A stretch of 63,846 nucleotides of DNA, counting the filler, from Reclinomonas americana ATCC 50394 (taxonomy: Eukaryota): assembly GCA_048213135.1 (NCBI GenBank). It is 7 parts of 4 records of this genome, joined end to end, with 100 filler letters (N's around TTAATTAATTAA, not from the genome) between each part and the next. Parts side by side here need not be neighbours in the genome. Positions count along the whole stretch, not along the records: positions 34,667 to 56,239 come from PS015826.1; positions 56,340 to 58,129 come from PS015829.1; positions 58,230 to 59,865 come from PS015829.1; positions 59,966 to 63,846 come from PS015829.1; 3 more parts are not named here. The stretch is one strand, 5' to 3'. Below, in pieces: positions 51,585 to 63,846 of this stretch. The notes beneath the pieces were generated by a model. That model did no database searches and was not told the DNA's origin. It was given only the letters and a program-made list of their open reading frames with translations. Numbering within the stretch: the stretch's first letter is position 1; each line of letters begins with the position of its first letter. Position numbers and translations under genes: made by a program.

Positions 51585-54500
51585 CAACTCCAAGGCTCCC
51601 AACTTGCGTGTACTGCGCAAACGCAGCATTGCTCCATCGCACACACAGCACATATGATCCCGCCGCCACACTGCTCGCATTCACCGCAAGCACCATGCTC
51701 GTCGGCAGCGTCGACGACGACACACTGATCACGGCAGTCGTCGCCGCCGCCGCACAACTCGTCGAAATCACAAACGCCGCCGTGTCGCCGCTCACACTCA
51801 CCAACGAGCTTCCCGTCAACGCGATCGTCTGGCTCGGTGTCGTCACCGTGAACACGGCTCGAGGTACCTGAGTTGACCACGTGGCTGTGCGTGCACACAA
51901 AGAGTGTCAATCAATCAGTCACTCACTCACTTGCCCCACCAAGCTCCTTCCCAAAATACTCACCAACATTCAGAGTCGACGGAGTCGCACTCACTGTTGT
52001 ATATGCACTCGTCGCCAGCCACCGCACACACACCGTGTACGCCCCGGCTGCAGTCGCGCTGGCGTCAATCGTCAGTGTGATCAGAGTGTCCACCGTCCGC
52101 ACGCTCGTCATCGTCACCACACTCGACGGCGTGCCAGTGCACGTTCCCGACGACAGCACAAACGCCAGCGGATCGGTGCTCACGTCTGGCATCGCAGTGC
52201 CGCTGATTTGGATCGTTCGCCCAGACAGTGCGGCCATCGCAGGTGGATTGACACCACTAGCCGACGCCACCACCAGCTGTGTGGCGGCCACAAGCGAATA
52301 GTTGCCAGCACCGCCAAACTGGATGCACACTGCACAGTACCCGGCACTCACGGTCGCCGCCGTCGCACCCTGGGCCGTCACGACCAACACATTCGCTCCA
52401 GCCGTGCTCACCAGAGACTGGTTCACCATCACCGGGAAGCTGCCGCCGCTCGCCGTGCACGCCATCGATCCCACCTCCAGTCGCACATTGTCCGACATGC
52501 TCAGCGCACGCCCAGAGACAGAGAACACCGCACCCGCACCACTGATGTTGATCGCACTTGGCGCGTATCCAGTTGTCGAAGACACTGCATGAAGGCGAAC
52601 ATATCATCAGACAGCTGACTCGCTGAGAGCTCTCTCGTTCACATATGCGTACTCACCAACAGTGAGCGTGCCACCGACTTTTACAAACGTGCTCGTTCCG
52701 TTGAACTTGCCGCACACCGAGTATGGTCTGCGCATGCACACGTGTCAGAACAAGTTTCACCGCTGCCAAAGAGTCATGGAGAGCAGCAAAGACACACCCG
52801 CTGCTCATGATTGTGTTGGCGGCAGCCGTGCTCGCCACCACAGTTCGCGCGCCAGCAACACCGCCGATACTCGCCGCAGTCACCAACGGAATCGTTCCAC
52901 CAGTACCCGGACACACTGCTCCCGATTGCAGACTGAACACGTCTGTCGTCGCCAATGCCAGTCCAGTGATCGTCACCTGCGCACCAGCAAACTGCGCGAG
53001 AATCGACGACGGCGAGAACGACGTGCCGCTTCCCACTGAATTGCAAAACACGCACACACAGAAATTCATGAGAGGGGAATAAGGTACGCGCGCGCAGAGC
53101 CACCGCCGCACTCACCCACACTCAGTTGAGTCGCGCCCACAGTCGTGAATGTTGCAGTGCCAGTGAACTGGATGCACACCGCATACAGTCCCACCGTAGT
53201 CAACGTCGACACAGCTGCCGGCTGCACCGCTAGCGTGCGAGCTCCCGCTGCGCCAGCGTACGTTGGCGATGACAACCCAATGCCGAGGCCACCCGACGCA
53301 CACGTCGTCACGCCGAGTTGCAGCTGCACAGCATCGGTGGCCAGCAACCCAGGTCCGGTCACTGTCACTTGCTGTGATGTTGACTCGGCAAGAATCGTCG
53401 CAGGTGTGAAGCCAGTCGTCGACGGCACTGTGTAAAGAATGCACAGTCACAATCACACAATGTTTTGCGTGCCGACACACAGCTCACACCAAAATAACAT
53501 ACCAGCAGCCAGCTGCGTGACGCCGACACGGACAAACGATCCTCCACCACCATACTGGATGCTGCATATGAACGAAAGAGAGAGAGAGAGATTGGCATGA
53601 AAACGCTTCGTACTCCAATAGACACAATGCACTCACCACACAGCATACACATCCGTCGGTGCAGTTGTCACAGCCGGAACCGATGCAGTCAGCGTCCACG
53701 CTCCTGCGGATCCCGTCCGCGAAGGCGAAGACGACACCAGGTTGCCGCCACCAGAGCACACTGTTCCCGATTGGATTCGAATCTTGTCGCTGGTGCGCAA
53801 CCCCAGACCCGATATCGTGATCACTTGTCCAATAGTCTCCGCCAGGATCGACGCCGGCAGGAACGATGTCGCGTTCGCCACTGCACCGCGCTCACAAGTC
53901 AATCGATTGCTTCCACAGCATTCTCTCACACACTCACTCACTCACCTCCTGTGAGTTGTGACGCAGATACTTGCACCCACGTGCCCGTGTTGGAGACGTA
54001 CTCCACACACACAGCAAACGTGTCGGGACTCGCTGACGGCAACGCGAGACCTGTGCCGCCCACGGTTGCCACAATTTCCGTCAGAATCACCGAGTTGAGT
54101 GTCGCCGCAATCGTCTGACCCGATCCAGTACAATTGCTACCCGGCATGAACATCACTTGATTGATCGACAGCGTCGAGAGGCCGGCGCCAGTGATCGTCA
54201 CTTTCTCCGTCGGCACCTCGGCCATGATTGATGATGGACTGAAGGCCGACACCGTTGCTGCACCGCGCCGAAACACACTGTCAGCTCAGACACTCATGCG
54301 TGGCGAAAACAAGGGATCGATAGTGAAGAACGAAACGGACGAGTAGCTGGGTCGAGCCGACCTTGAAGTACGAGCCAGTCGAGGAGAAGCGGACACACAC
54401 GCTGTACGCTCCACCCACCGTCACACCGCTGCCGCCAACGTTCTGTTTGTAGACTGTTGATGTGCCGCTATTTGCACCAGACAGAGTCACGGAACCCATC

Positions 54501-55709
54501 GCAGTACCAGCCGGCGTGCAAGTTGTGTTCGGCTCGAGCAGGATGGATGTCGCGCCGATGAGGAACTGCCCGGTGATCGTCAGCTGTTGCGAACTGCTCG
54601 ACGGTCTAATTGTGGCAGGTGAGAATGCCGTGGCAGCTCCTGCAAGGACAGGTGTTAAGAATGGCACAACAATACACGGGCGACAGGAGGAGGTTCGAAC
54701 CAATCTGGATGCCAACGGCATCAATGTACGACTGCGTCGCACTCCAGCGCACGCACACTCGCTGTGCGCCGACTGCACTCGCACCCGACGCATCGACTGT
54801 CATGGTGATACTCGTGCTGCTCACGGTCGTGATTGCTGTCACAGGGGCCACAGCTGACACGGTTGAGCAGTTGGCCGAGATCACCACGCCAGCCGCATCG
54901 AGCGTCGGGAATGCAATGCCAGTCAGAGTCAGAGATCGACCAGTCAGTGGCTCCAGCGTGGCTGGCGTTGTCGATGTCACTTGGGCTGTGCGACGGTATC
55001 AAGCGTGAGAAACAATCGCTCACAGCTCAGTGAACGGCCAGACATAGCGCACCAACGTTGATGGAGATTAAGGATGCATAGTTTCCGCCGCCGCCGGCAG
55101 TACTGCCACACAAAAAGTAGGTGCCACCAGAGCTTGTTCCACCATTCACAGTCAAAGTGGCCGTTGTGTTGCTGGTGTATGTCACCATGCTCACGCTGCT
55201 GCCAGTTACTGCAGCGGTGCATGCAGATGTGGTGCCAAGTCCAAGTGGAGTCCCGACACCGGTCAGATCAATCAGACCCGCCCCTGTAATAACCACAGTC
55301 GTTCCAGTAGACATTGCGACCGTGGGCTGCGATACAGATGACACAGTGCCTGCGCCACGCCGAAATCGAGTGAGCAATAACACCCGCTTACGTAGATCGC
55401 AGAAACGCACGCAAACACGCACCGATGCTGAATGGAGACAGAATTTGATTGTACGCCGCCCACGAGTCGTTGCTCAGACGCATACATACTCGGTATACGC
55501 CTCCCGGCGATGTCGACGATACCACTGTCATGGTGATTGATGCCGCCGAAATAAACGCGTTCGTTGTCGATGACCCAGCCACCGCTGTCGGTGATGCTGC
55601 ACTGCAATTGGCGCTGGCGGTGATCACAAACGCCAACGTGTCGGTCGACACATCGATCAGGCCAGTGCCGCTCAGAGTTGTCGGGTACGAGGCCGAGGCG
55701 AATACACCA
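51585..55709 (-). CDS. Array of ~10-11 Ig/IPT-like ~100-aa repeats, roughly one per exon; probably the N-terminal part of the FN3 surface protein
   Basis: Each unit: F(S/T)P..I.......TITG.GL...C...G.Y.VC(V/I)(R/Q)(W/F).....V....L.V, usually ending at a phase-1 G|GTGAGT donor. The last donor (51584) and next acceptor (51028) are both phase 1. Confidence 0.75.
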
Positions 55710-55771
55710 NNNNNNNNNNNNNNNNNNNNNNNNNNNNNNNNNNNNNNNNNNNNNNNNNNTGTGCACCTGCA

Positions 55772-56148
55772 GGCCAAGCGACGGGCGTGTCTCCGCAGGC
55801 GGTGTATCGTGGAGCGGCATCGCAGGAAGTGCGACTCACTGGTGCCGGTATGGTGAACGTCGCGAGCGATGCAAGTGCAGTGGTAATCACGACGAGCTGT
55901 ACGTCGACACCCACCGCGGCGACTGGCACAACGGTGACAACGACGTTCAGCTCGTCATCGACGATCCGGTTGTTTATCACCACGACGGCGGCGGTTTGTT
56001 GCTGTTGCTGCGACTTGAGAGACGCCCGCGCGTGTGCTTATCTGAAGCGACACGTTGCAGACACCAACTGGCACTGCGTACCTTATCTGCTTGCGGTGGT
56101 CGAGCACCGGACCGTACTTTGCACTGGCCGTGCCTCCATTTGCTGTCG
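55772..56148 (+). CDS. One more unit of the same Ig/IPT-like repeat, on the opposite strand
   Basis: SPQAV..VRLTGAGM..SC..|TPTGTAYLICLRWSSTGPYF..FAV followed by G|GTGAGT. Confidence 0.65.
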
Positions 56149-56406
56149 GTGAGTGAGTTGGATGAAGCACTGTGAGAAAGGGGTTTGTTGTGTTTTTCTC
56201 AGGCTGTCTCGCAGCTGTGGTGACTTCTTCGAATCCGACNNNNNNNNNNNNNNNNNNNNNNNNNNNNNNNNNNNNNNNNNNNNTTAATTAATTAANNNNN
56301 NNNNNNNNNNNNNNNNNNNNNNNNNNNNNNNNNNNNNNNAGTGGGAGATGCTGGAAAGACACTCTCTCTGTCATGATGTGTTGAGCTCATTCGTTCATGT
56401 GTGCAG

Positions 56407-56710
56407 TGAGTTCATGGCCGTCAAGGGCTCCAACATCTACAACGCCTTCGCGAAGCGCACTCTGCAGTACCACCACGTGATCCTGCGCAAGGAGGGTCGC
56501 AGCGCGGCGGTCGCGAGCGCTGGCTCGGCGTCCTCGTCGTCGCCGGTGTCGTCCAGGTCACCACCGTCGCCCACGGCCGCTGGCAACGCCGGTACCTTTG
56601 TGGCGCCGCCCGTGTCCGACACCAATCGTTGCGCGCTCTTGTGTCTACTCTCGTGCACAGTCGAGTGCCGTCGCTCATTCGTGTGTTATGCAGCCACCAC
56701 GGTCGAGTAA
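56407..56710 (+). CDS. 3' fragment of a gene, possibly a class I SAM methyltransferase C-terminus
   Basis: EFMAVKGSNIYNAF....QYHHVILRK followed by a Ser/Pro tail. Family resemblance is weak and from recall only. Confidence 0.3.
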
Positions 56711-56869
56711 TCGGAACCCCTCATAGTCATTGTTACAAGCGCCCCGCACACAGCACACCTGCACACATCCACATCCAAGACACCGCATCCTGTTGTGCAG
56801 TAAAAAAAACGCGGGTGCTCCTCTGCCACTACTCTATTCCTGTGCAACCTGTGTACATTTTTCACATTA

Positions 56870-58094
56870 TTACTTCTTTCCGCGCTGCGCCTTGCCCGAC
56901 GGTCGCAGCAGTGCCGGCATCAGCTTGCCGGTCGGTCGCAGTGCCATGGGGATCTGATCGTCGCTCAAGCCGCGCACCGACAGCAGCCGTGCCGCGCGCT
57001 CCAGCGGGGTTCCACCGCACTGTGGGCGAGAAGAGATGAGCACGCACATCATGGGGAGGCACTACCATTTGCACATGCACACATACACACCTTCAAGTTC
57101 CGGCGTGTCAACTCATTCTTCAGTGCCTCGGCACCGTATCGACTCAGCAGCTCCTCCGGCGTGTCCATATCAAGGTGAATGCCGGCCGTCGGACTGCCCG
57201 ATGAGCCACTCACGTGACTCTCCTCCTCGCTTGCCGGTGGCGACGGTGCCGAAGATGCTATCGCTGCCGCAGCAGCCGCAGCGGCAGCGCCAGTGGTGGC
57301 AGTGGTGGTGGTGGTCGTCGTCGTCGTTGTCGTCGTCGTACTCGACGACCCTCCATGACGGCGGTGACCCTTCTCTTCCTCCTCCTCGTCCTCCTCCTCT
57401 GCTTCTGCTTCCTCGTCGTCACTATCCACTGCTCCATCCACACCAAGCAACGCATCGTCCAGTGCACGCATGTGACGAGAGCGCTTCCGGCGCGGCTTCA
57501 GAATCGCATCCAAGTCGCCCTCCGCCACACGCTTCTCGCCACGACGTCCAGCCGCCGCCGATCGCAGCTCGCGCATACCAGACTCCAAGCTCTCCACAAT
57601 CGCCTCGCGGTGCTTCTCAGTCGACTTGCCGTACTCGCGCAGCGCCGATTGCAACTATCGTGTGACACGAGAGAGTCAATAACCGCCACGACGAAGAGAA
57701 TGAGAAGGTCTCTCGCTCACCTGACTGCGCTCCTCCGCCATCCGGTTCTCGCGCTCAATCCACTTGCGATCCTCCGTCACCTTCGTGCGGTTCTCATCCG
57801 AGTCGGCCGCCACCGCCGTGCGCACCACCTCCTCCGTGTGCACATGACGCAGACGACGACCCTCCAAATCGCGACACGAGTCAAAGTTGGTCTGTGGAGA
57901 TGAGAGCAATCGAAAAAAGTCAGATAAGAGAGGGGGAAGGGGAAGGAAGAGAAAGAGGAGGAGCTTCATCTCTCACACAGACACTCAGAGAAGAGGAGTA
58001 GCATGCAATGATCGCTTCTCCTCTCTCTCAGTCTCTCTCCACTCAAGAAGAGAAAAGAAAAAGTAGAGAAGGGGTGCGCTGATTGTTTCTTCCT

Positions 58095-58129
<35 letters not shown>

Positions 58130-58229
58130 NNNNNNNNNNNNNNNNNNNNNNNNNNNNNNNNNNNNNNNNNNNNTTAATTAATTAANNNNNNNNNNNNNNN
58201 NNNNNNNNNNNNNNNNNNNNNNNNNNNNN

Positions 58230-58273
<44 letters not shown>

Positions 58274-59245
58274 CTCGCAAAGAAAGAAGGGATGAGAGGA
58301 GTAGGATGCGTTGAAAGCGGAGAAGAGAGATAATGGTGGAAAGCTTGGCCTGTTTCATCTCTTCTTTCATCTCTCTCCCTCTTAACTCGCAAAGATAGAA
58401 GAGAGAGAAGAGGAGCAGGTTGTGTTCACTGTGTCTTCCTCTGTTTCTCACTCTCGCTTTACACTCACGCAGAGCCACAGAAGCGGAGAAGAGAGAGAAA
58501 GATGGAAAGCGTGGCCTGTTGATTCATCTCTTCTTTCATCTCTCTCCCTCTTCACTCGCAAAGATGGAAGAGAAGAAGAGGAGAAGGACACCTTCACTAC
58601 TTCTTCCTCTCCGCCTTCTCTCCCTCTCTCTCCTTCTCTCTTCACTCACAAACATGGATTCGAGACAACAGAGAGAAGAGTACGTTTGTGCTTCATGTCT
58701 TCTTCCTCCCCTTTCTTCTTCTCACCTCTTTCTCTCTCTTCTCTCTTCTCTCCCTTCTCTTCCCTCTTCTCTTCTCATCTCCCTCACATGTCACTCAGAG
58801 TCCCAGTGCACTTCGACCCGACTTTCTTTCACGCAACAGTCTTCTTCTGCCCAACTCGCCGCGGGGCACCACGCAAAAGCGCGCCAAAACCACCCTTGCC
58901 ACCGCACAACGCTCCATCGCGCCACACAAACTCCAAAAACACCGTCACAACAACAACCATCTGCGCCGACATGGCCACCGCGCGCTTTCTCTCCTCGTGC
59001 ATCACACGTTCCCAGGTAAGAGGCTGCGACGCTTGCTGCTTCCCATTGGTGACAACTGATGCAGTGGTGGACAACACTGTGCGACCGGCCCAGCGCCACG
59101 CCATGTGCTGCGCGGGAATGCCACACGCGCGCTCCACGCGCTGACACACGTGTTGCAACGATGCAGCCTGTTGCTCATTGTCGAACGCAAGGCATAGCGT
59201 GCGTCGTCCTTGCGACACGGGCAATCCGCTCACGATGATCTGCAT
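56870..59245 (-). CDS. SDE2: SDE2 (ubiquitin-fold-activated splicing / replication-stress factor)
   Basis: N-terminal UBL ending LCGGKGGFGALLRG..KKT|TNFDSCRDLEGRRLR, an acidic linker, and SAP-like GAEALKNELTRRNLK|CGGTPLERAARL. Intron 57892-58837 spans a contig linker in frame. Confidence 0.93.
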
Positions 59246-59604
59246 GACGATGATTGAAATGTCCTGAGAGTGTCATGCAAGCCAAGGTCAAAGAATCCCC
59301 GTCGAATCCCCTTCGTCCACAACTGCTATTGCGTTCGTCGTAAGCTGGTAGAGAGGGATACGCGTGCATATCGGCGACAATAGCAGGGAGAACACTTCAG
59401 CTGCAGCATGGATCGCGAAGTTGCGAAATCGAAGTTGCTGGCCGTCGCCGAACGTTCACTGCGGCTGGTGCTTTCCCGCTGCACATCCTTGTGCATCTTA
59501 CGCACTTTTGCAATTACACAAAGTACAGAAGAGTTTCCCGAGTGCGAGAACTTCATCACGCCCTGCACCTTTGTTCGAAGTCACTTCTTCCTCCCACTCA
59601 CGGC

Positions 59605-62600
59605 ATGAGCGACGCATACGCGCGCTTTGTCGACACGGAGCCGAGCGAGTATCCTCGCGCTGGGCCTCTGCTTGTGCCGCAACCCGCTGTGCCTCTTGCT
59701 GTGGCGGCGGGCGAGGACGACAGGCGGAGTGCATCGTCGGCGGAGAGCTCTCTCTCGCGTCGTGCGTTGTGGATGCGCGAAAAGTGGAGACAGCGTCTGC
59801 CGCCGCCGCCGCCCTCTGTCTTGTGTAGATGCTGCAAGGGGAAGAGACCACGCAGCAGCAGCAGCNNNNNNNNNNNNNNNNNNNNNNNNNNNNNNNNNNN
59901 NNNNNNNNNTTAATTAATTAANNNNNNNNNNNNNNNNNNNNNNNNNNNNNNNNNNNNNNNNNNNNACCACCAGCTTGTGAGCGACCGTCGTGCGCGCTCC
60001 ATCTCACGGTGTGAGCGTTGCGGGGGCGCAGTGCGCAAGGCGACGTGACGGCCGACGTTACAATCACGGTGGCTGTCTCTGGCTTCTATCGGATGATCTA
60101 CACCATGGATGGTCTTGTGGTCAACGGTCACCAGTTTCAGATTGTCAACAACCAGCCGCAACAGTCGCAGGTCGGAGTTGGTGTTCATGCTGCGTTCACA
60201 CACGGGTGAGTAAGTGCGGTGACTCTCACCTGTTGGGATACCGCAGGTGTGCGCCGCGGTGAACATTATCTCTTCGGTGCCGTCACGAGTCAGCATCGAC
60301 GCACAGTTTCCCGAACCACTGGCTGTGCAGGTGCGGGCGGGCTCTGGCGACGTTGTGTAATGTACGTGCGTGTGGAACTCACCAGCGGCACTGCAGGTGG
60401 TGAATTCGCAAGGCGCACCGGTTTCCGGCATCGGAGTCGCTCCATTGTTGTGGGATGCTTTTCAGGGTTCTATTGGCATCAATTTTCAGATTCCATGGTC
60501 GCAGTTCCTGAACCCCAGCTTTAACGGATTGCCTGTCAATGCCACTGGCATCGCCATGCTGACGAATCTCAGTATCGTGAACGGTTGGTGTGACCCGTGG
60601 AGAGTATTCTGCCGATACAAACAGTCGCTGACATTCTCTTTCCACGGAGCACAGCGTACTCGAATACCGTCGGCTTGCTGGTTGCTGCCGCCCTCCAGGG
60701 CAGTTCAGATACACAATGCTTGTCTGACATGACTGTCATGCCACTGATCGGCATTGACGACGCTGGTGTGTGTGGGAGCATTCGTTGTTCGTCTCCGTGC
60801 GCAAAAGTCACTCATCGTTCCCTCCATATAGTCACCTCCTTCTCCGTGGCGACGCCACCTGTTTGTGGGCAAGCTGGCGACTTGCTTTCTGTGCAGCCCA
60901 AGATCTGTTTACAAGGCCCCAAGGGTCCACTCGCCGGACGACAAGTGCAAGTCGCCATCTCGACGGGGCAAGTGGGCAGTCTAAGTAACGTCCCAAGCGA
61001 GTGGCTGGATTACCTTTTCTACAGCAGCACGGTGGGTACAGAGACCTTGCTTCTCTTGTTGTCGTCGTCGCTTTGTGTCGTTGACGCCGCTCTGGTGCAC
61101 CGCAGGCCGCCATCTGGGGCAGTCACTTTTTACTCGGTTATTCCACAACCACGCCAACCATTGTGCGTCTCGTCGCTTTTCCGTTCCCTGCTGTGATTCA
61201 ATTGTGGCTCATTCGACTCTTGTATGTGTCCAGTTATATGGCTCCTACAACTTTTCGTTTGTGCCAGTCTTCACCTCTCCACAACTGACAGATTCAACTG
61301 GTGCGAAGCTGTTCACTGCACGCTCCAAACATGCTGTGCTGACAGAATGTTGCAGGGTGCACAACGATGCAGCTGGGCGTGCGCAACGGTTTCTACCAGG
61401 ACTTGCCCATGCTCGTTGCGTGTGATGCTTGGAAGAATGTGTCCTCGTAGCGGCAGTTCACGCACTGAAAGGTGGCTCCTTTGCGCACAGTCCGTGTCAG
61501 GCGGTCGCATCGGCGGCTTCTTCACCATTCCCGAATGCCCCAACCCAGGTACTGATGCCCGTCACCCGCACCGCCCTTTGTAGGTCTCTCAGCTCACATT
61601 CCGCTGTCGCAGTAACGAGTCTCGTGTACGTGGCACAGCCGGGCGCCGGTGGTCCCAACGCCGAAGTCGATGTCGGCGTTGTGTTACCGAATCAGCCCGT
61701 GGTGCGGGCAGTGATTGATCCCACACTCGGTCGTGCGGACAATATACCGTTGCGCAAACGAATTGCGTCTCTTCGTCTTCACACGCTCACTATGCGTCCT
61801 TTTCCTCCACAGTATATTTGTGCTGTACAACAATTCGACATTCACCGCCGAAACCTACGCCATGACGGACACCACTGGCACTGCTACATTTTCAGGTGTG
61901 GTGTTAAAATGTGCACTTGTTGCCGACAGGCCTGTCTCATGCTACAATATGCAGAGATCGAGTTTGCAGGCGGTCTCACCGGGAACTACAGCCTACAATT
62001 CTTGATACCGTACGCCAACAACTTGATCTTGTCGCCGCTGTCTCAGCCGGTGCAAGTGTACAATCCACTGCAACAGCTGGCCGTGTCGTGGACTGCGCCC
62101 GAGTTCATCAGCTCTGGCTTCCCACTGCCATCGGCATTCCAGCCCTCCGTTCGCCTTGTGGTTCGATGCACACCGCTCCCTTGCCGCGATCCACCTCTGG
62201 TGCACTCATCATCTCCGCTCTGTTGTTTGCCGCACAGTTCGACAACACGCCGACTCCGTTCCCAGCAGTGACGGTGACAGCTTCCATTGTAACTCCGGTC
62301 GGCATCAAGTCCCCGGCGACGCTCTTCAACAATGTGGTCAATACGAACACCATGGGCGTGGCGCAGTTCACCGATCTCACAATCAATGGTCCGCCAGGTC
62401 GCTACCAGCTGCAGTTCACTGCCTACGGCATCAACAGGCGAGTGCTCGCCGATAATCGTCTCGTGTTTATTGCCACTGCGCTGACTGACATTCGTCTTGC
62501 GCGCAGCGTGCCGAGTCCGACAGTAACAGTGGCGCTGGAACCAAATTCACTGACGGTTGTGAGCCAGCCAACGTCGCTTGTCATCGGCCAGCCGACAAGT

Positions 62601-63846
62601 TCGAGCATATGCATCCAGGCCACAGTCACCCTCCAGTATGGATTCGAGACAGGCACAATGCCAGTTGGCAACACTGGCATCTTTCTGTCGATTGCTGGTG
62701 TGTCGCCGTCGGCAGTGGCCACCGCTGGTCAGCCGGAAGTCGGCGATGCACAACAGTTCACCTCTGCCAGCACCGGTCAGGTGTGCTACAGTGGCGTGAT
62801 TCTGCCGTGGGGCAATGCAGGTGAGAGCTGCGACAAGCATGATTGTTGTGAGCACTCCCTGTTGCCGACACGCCTCCTCGCAGGCGTGTACAACATCACG
62901 GCACAGACGCCAAGTGGCGACGTCTCCGTCCAACTGCAGCCGATTCAAGTGACCAATCCTGTGGACAAGGTGGTTCTCGTGTCTACTCCTGCCTACATTA
63001 CTCTCGGCGCGCCGTTCTCGGTGACGGCTCAGGCCCTCGACATCAATGGTTACAGTGGGGTGGCAAGGGGAGCGATTGTTGACTTGTACACACGCCTGAC
63101 TTGAAACATAACACAGGCATGCCGATTCCGGATGTCCTGTGTGTGGTAGCCGTGCCAAATTCTGTTTACACGCTACAAAATGTGCGTCCGTCGCTGTTTT
63201 TCGTGTTGGTGTTGTTGTCGTGTAAGCTCACTTGGTTCCGTCGAGCAGGTGGCGTCGATCAGCAACGGTCAGGGTATGGCTGTGTCTTCGGGCACCGCCG
63301 TGACCATCGGGCCGTCAGCTACCAACTTCCAGTTGCTGGTTCGTGTTTGTGTTTGTTGCCGTGTGGTTGCTGCTGCTTTTGAGAATCATGTTCTTCGGTT
63401 GCAGGTGTTTTGTGAGGGAAGACCGTCACCTCTCTCCGGCAACATCTTGTTCGACAATCCCACGCAAGCCAGTGCGGCTGGAATTGCAAACTGGCAGGTG
63501 TGACACACTTTGCGTGTGTCTCGCACTCATTTACTCTCATTTGCTCAACGACATCGACGACCACACAACACAGTCCAAGTTGTACATTCTTGGAGCAGTC
63601 AGCTTGCCGATCCTGTGGAGCACAACTGGTGAGCATCATTGCCGCACACCTCTCGTTCTCTCTCGCTACAGACTCACTCTTCTTGTGTACGATGACAGCT
63701 TGGACTGCACGCGTGTCATTTTTTGTCGGCTTTATTGGCGTCCTCGGTTTCGCGGCTTTCGTCATGTTTTACCTGGTGGCCTGGGCCAACTACAACACGA
63801 TGGTCAGTGACTGCAAGAAGAAAGCACGTTCGACAAAGTCCTTTTG
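59605..63846 (+). CDS. Large membrane protein with invasin/Big-like Ig repeats followed by transmembrane helices; runs off the window
   Basis: Repeats such as QPVVRA..AMTDTTGTATFS..GNYSLQF and QPSVRL..NTNTMGVAQFTDLTINGPPGRYQLQF. Hydrophobic LYILGAVSLPILW and FFVGFIGVLGFAAFVMFYLVAW near the end. The start at 59605 is tentative because a linker gap intervenes. Confidence 0.65.

Overview
Gene-dense, intron-rich, GC-rich nuclear DNA from a eukaryotic microbe (protist). It is a draft assembly with N gaps and artificial TTAATTAATTAA contig linkers, and it uses the standard genetic code. Manual splicing against conserved motifs gives about 20 genes: PFDN5, a strongly diverged CCT-beta-like chaperonin, a TPR protein, IST1 (5' part), a giant coiled-coil adenylyl cyclase, a SETD9-like protein, an XLF/NHEJ1-like protein, a giant SPRY-HECT E3 ligase, a multi-repeat Myb, a MYST acetyltransferase, a secreted propeller-like protein, an intron-bearing bacterial-type trehalose synthase (TreS), a very large Ig-like/FN3 GPI-type surface protein, SDE2 and a large Ig-like membrane protein. 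The strongest unexplained signal is in the splice sites. At least 24 hand-called introns use a second donor class, H|GTTNCG(Y), mostly GTTGCGT, which is the ordinary G|GTGCGT motif shifted by one nucleotide. All 24 follow a non-G last exon base. All exon boundaries are manual calls without RNA evidence.
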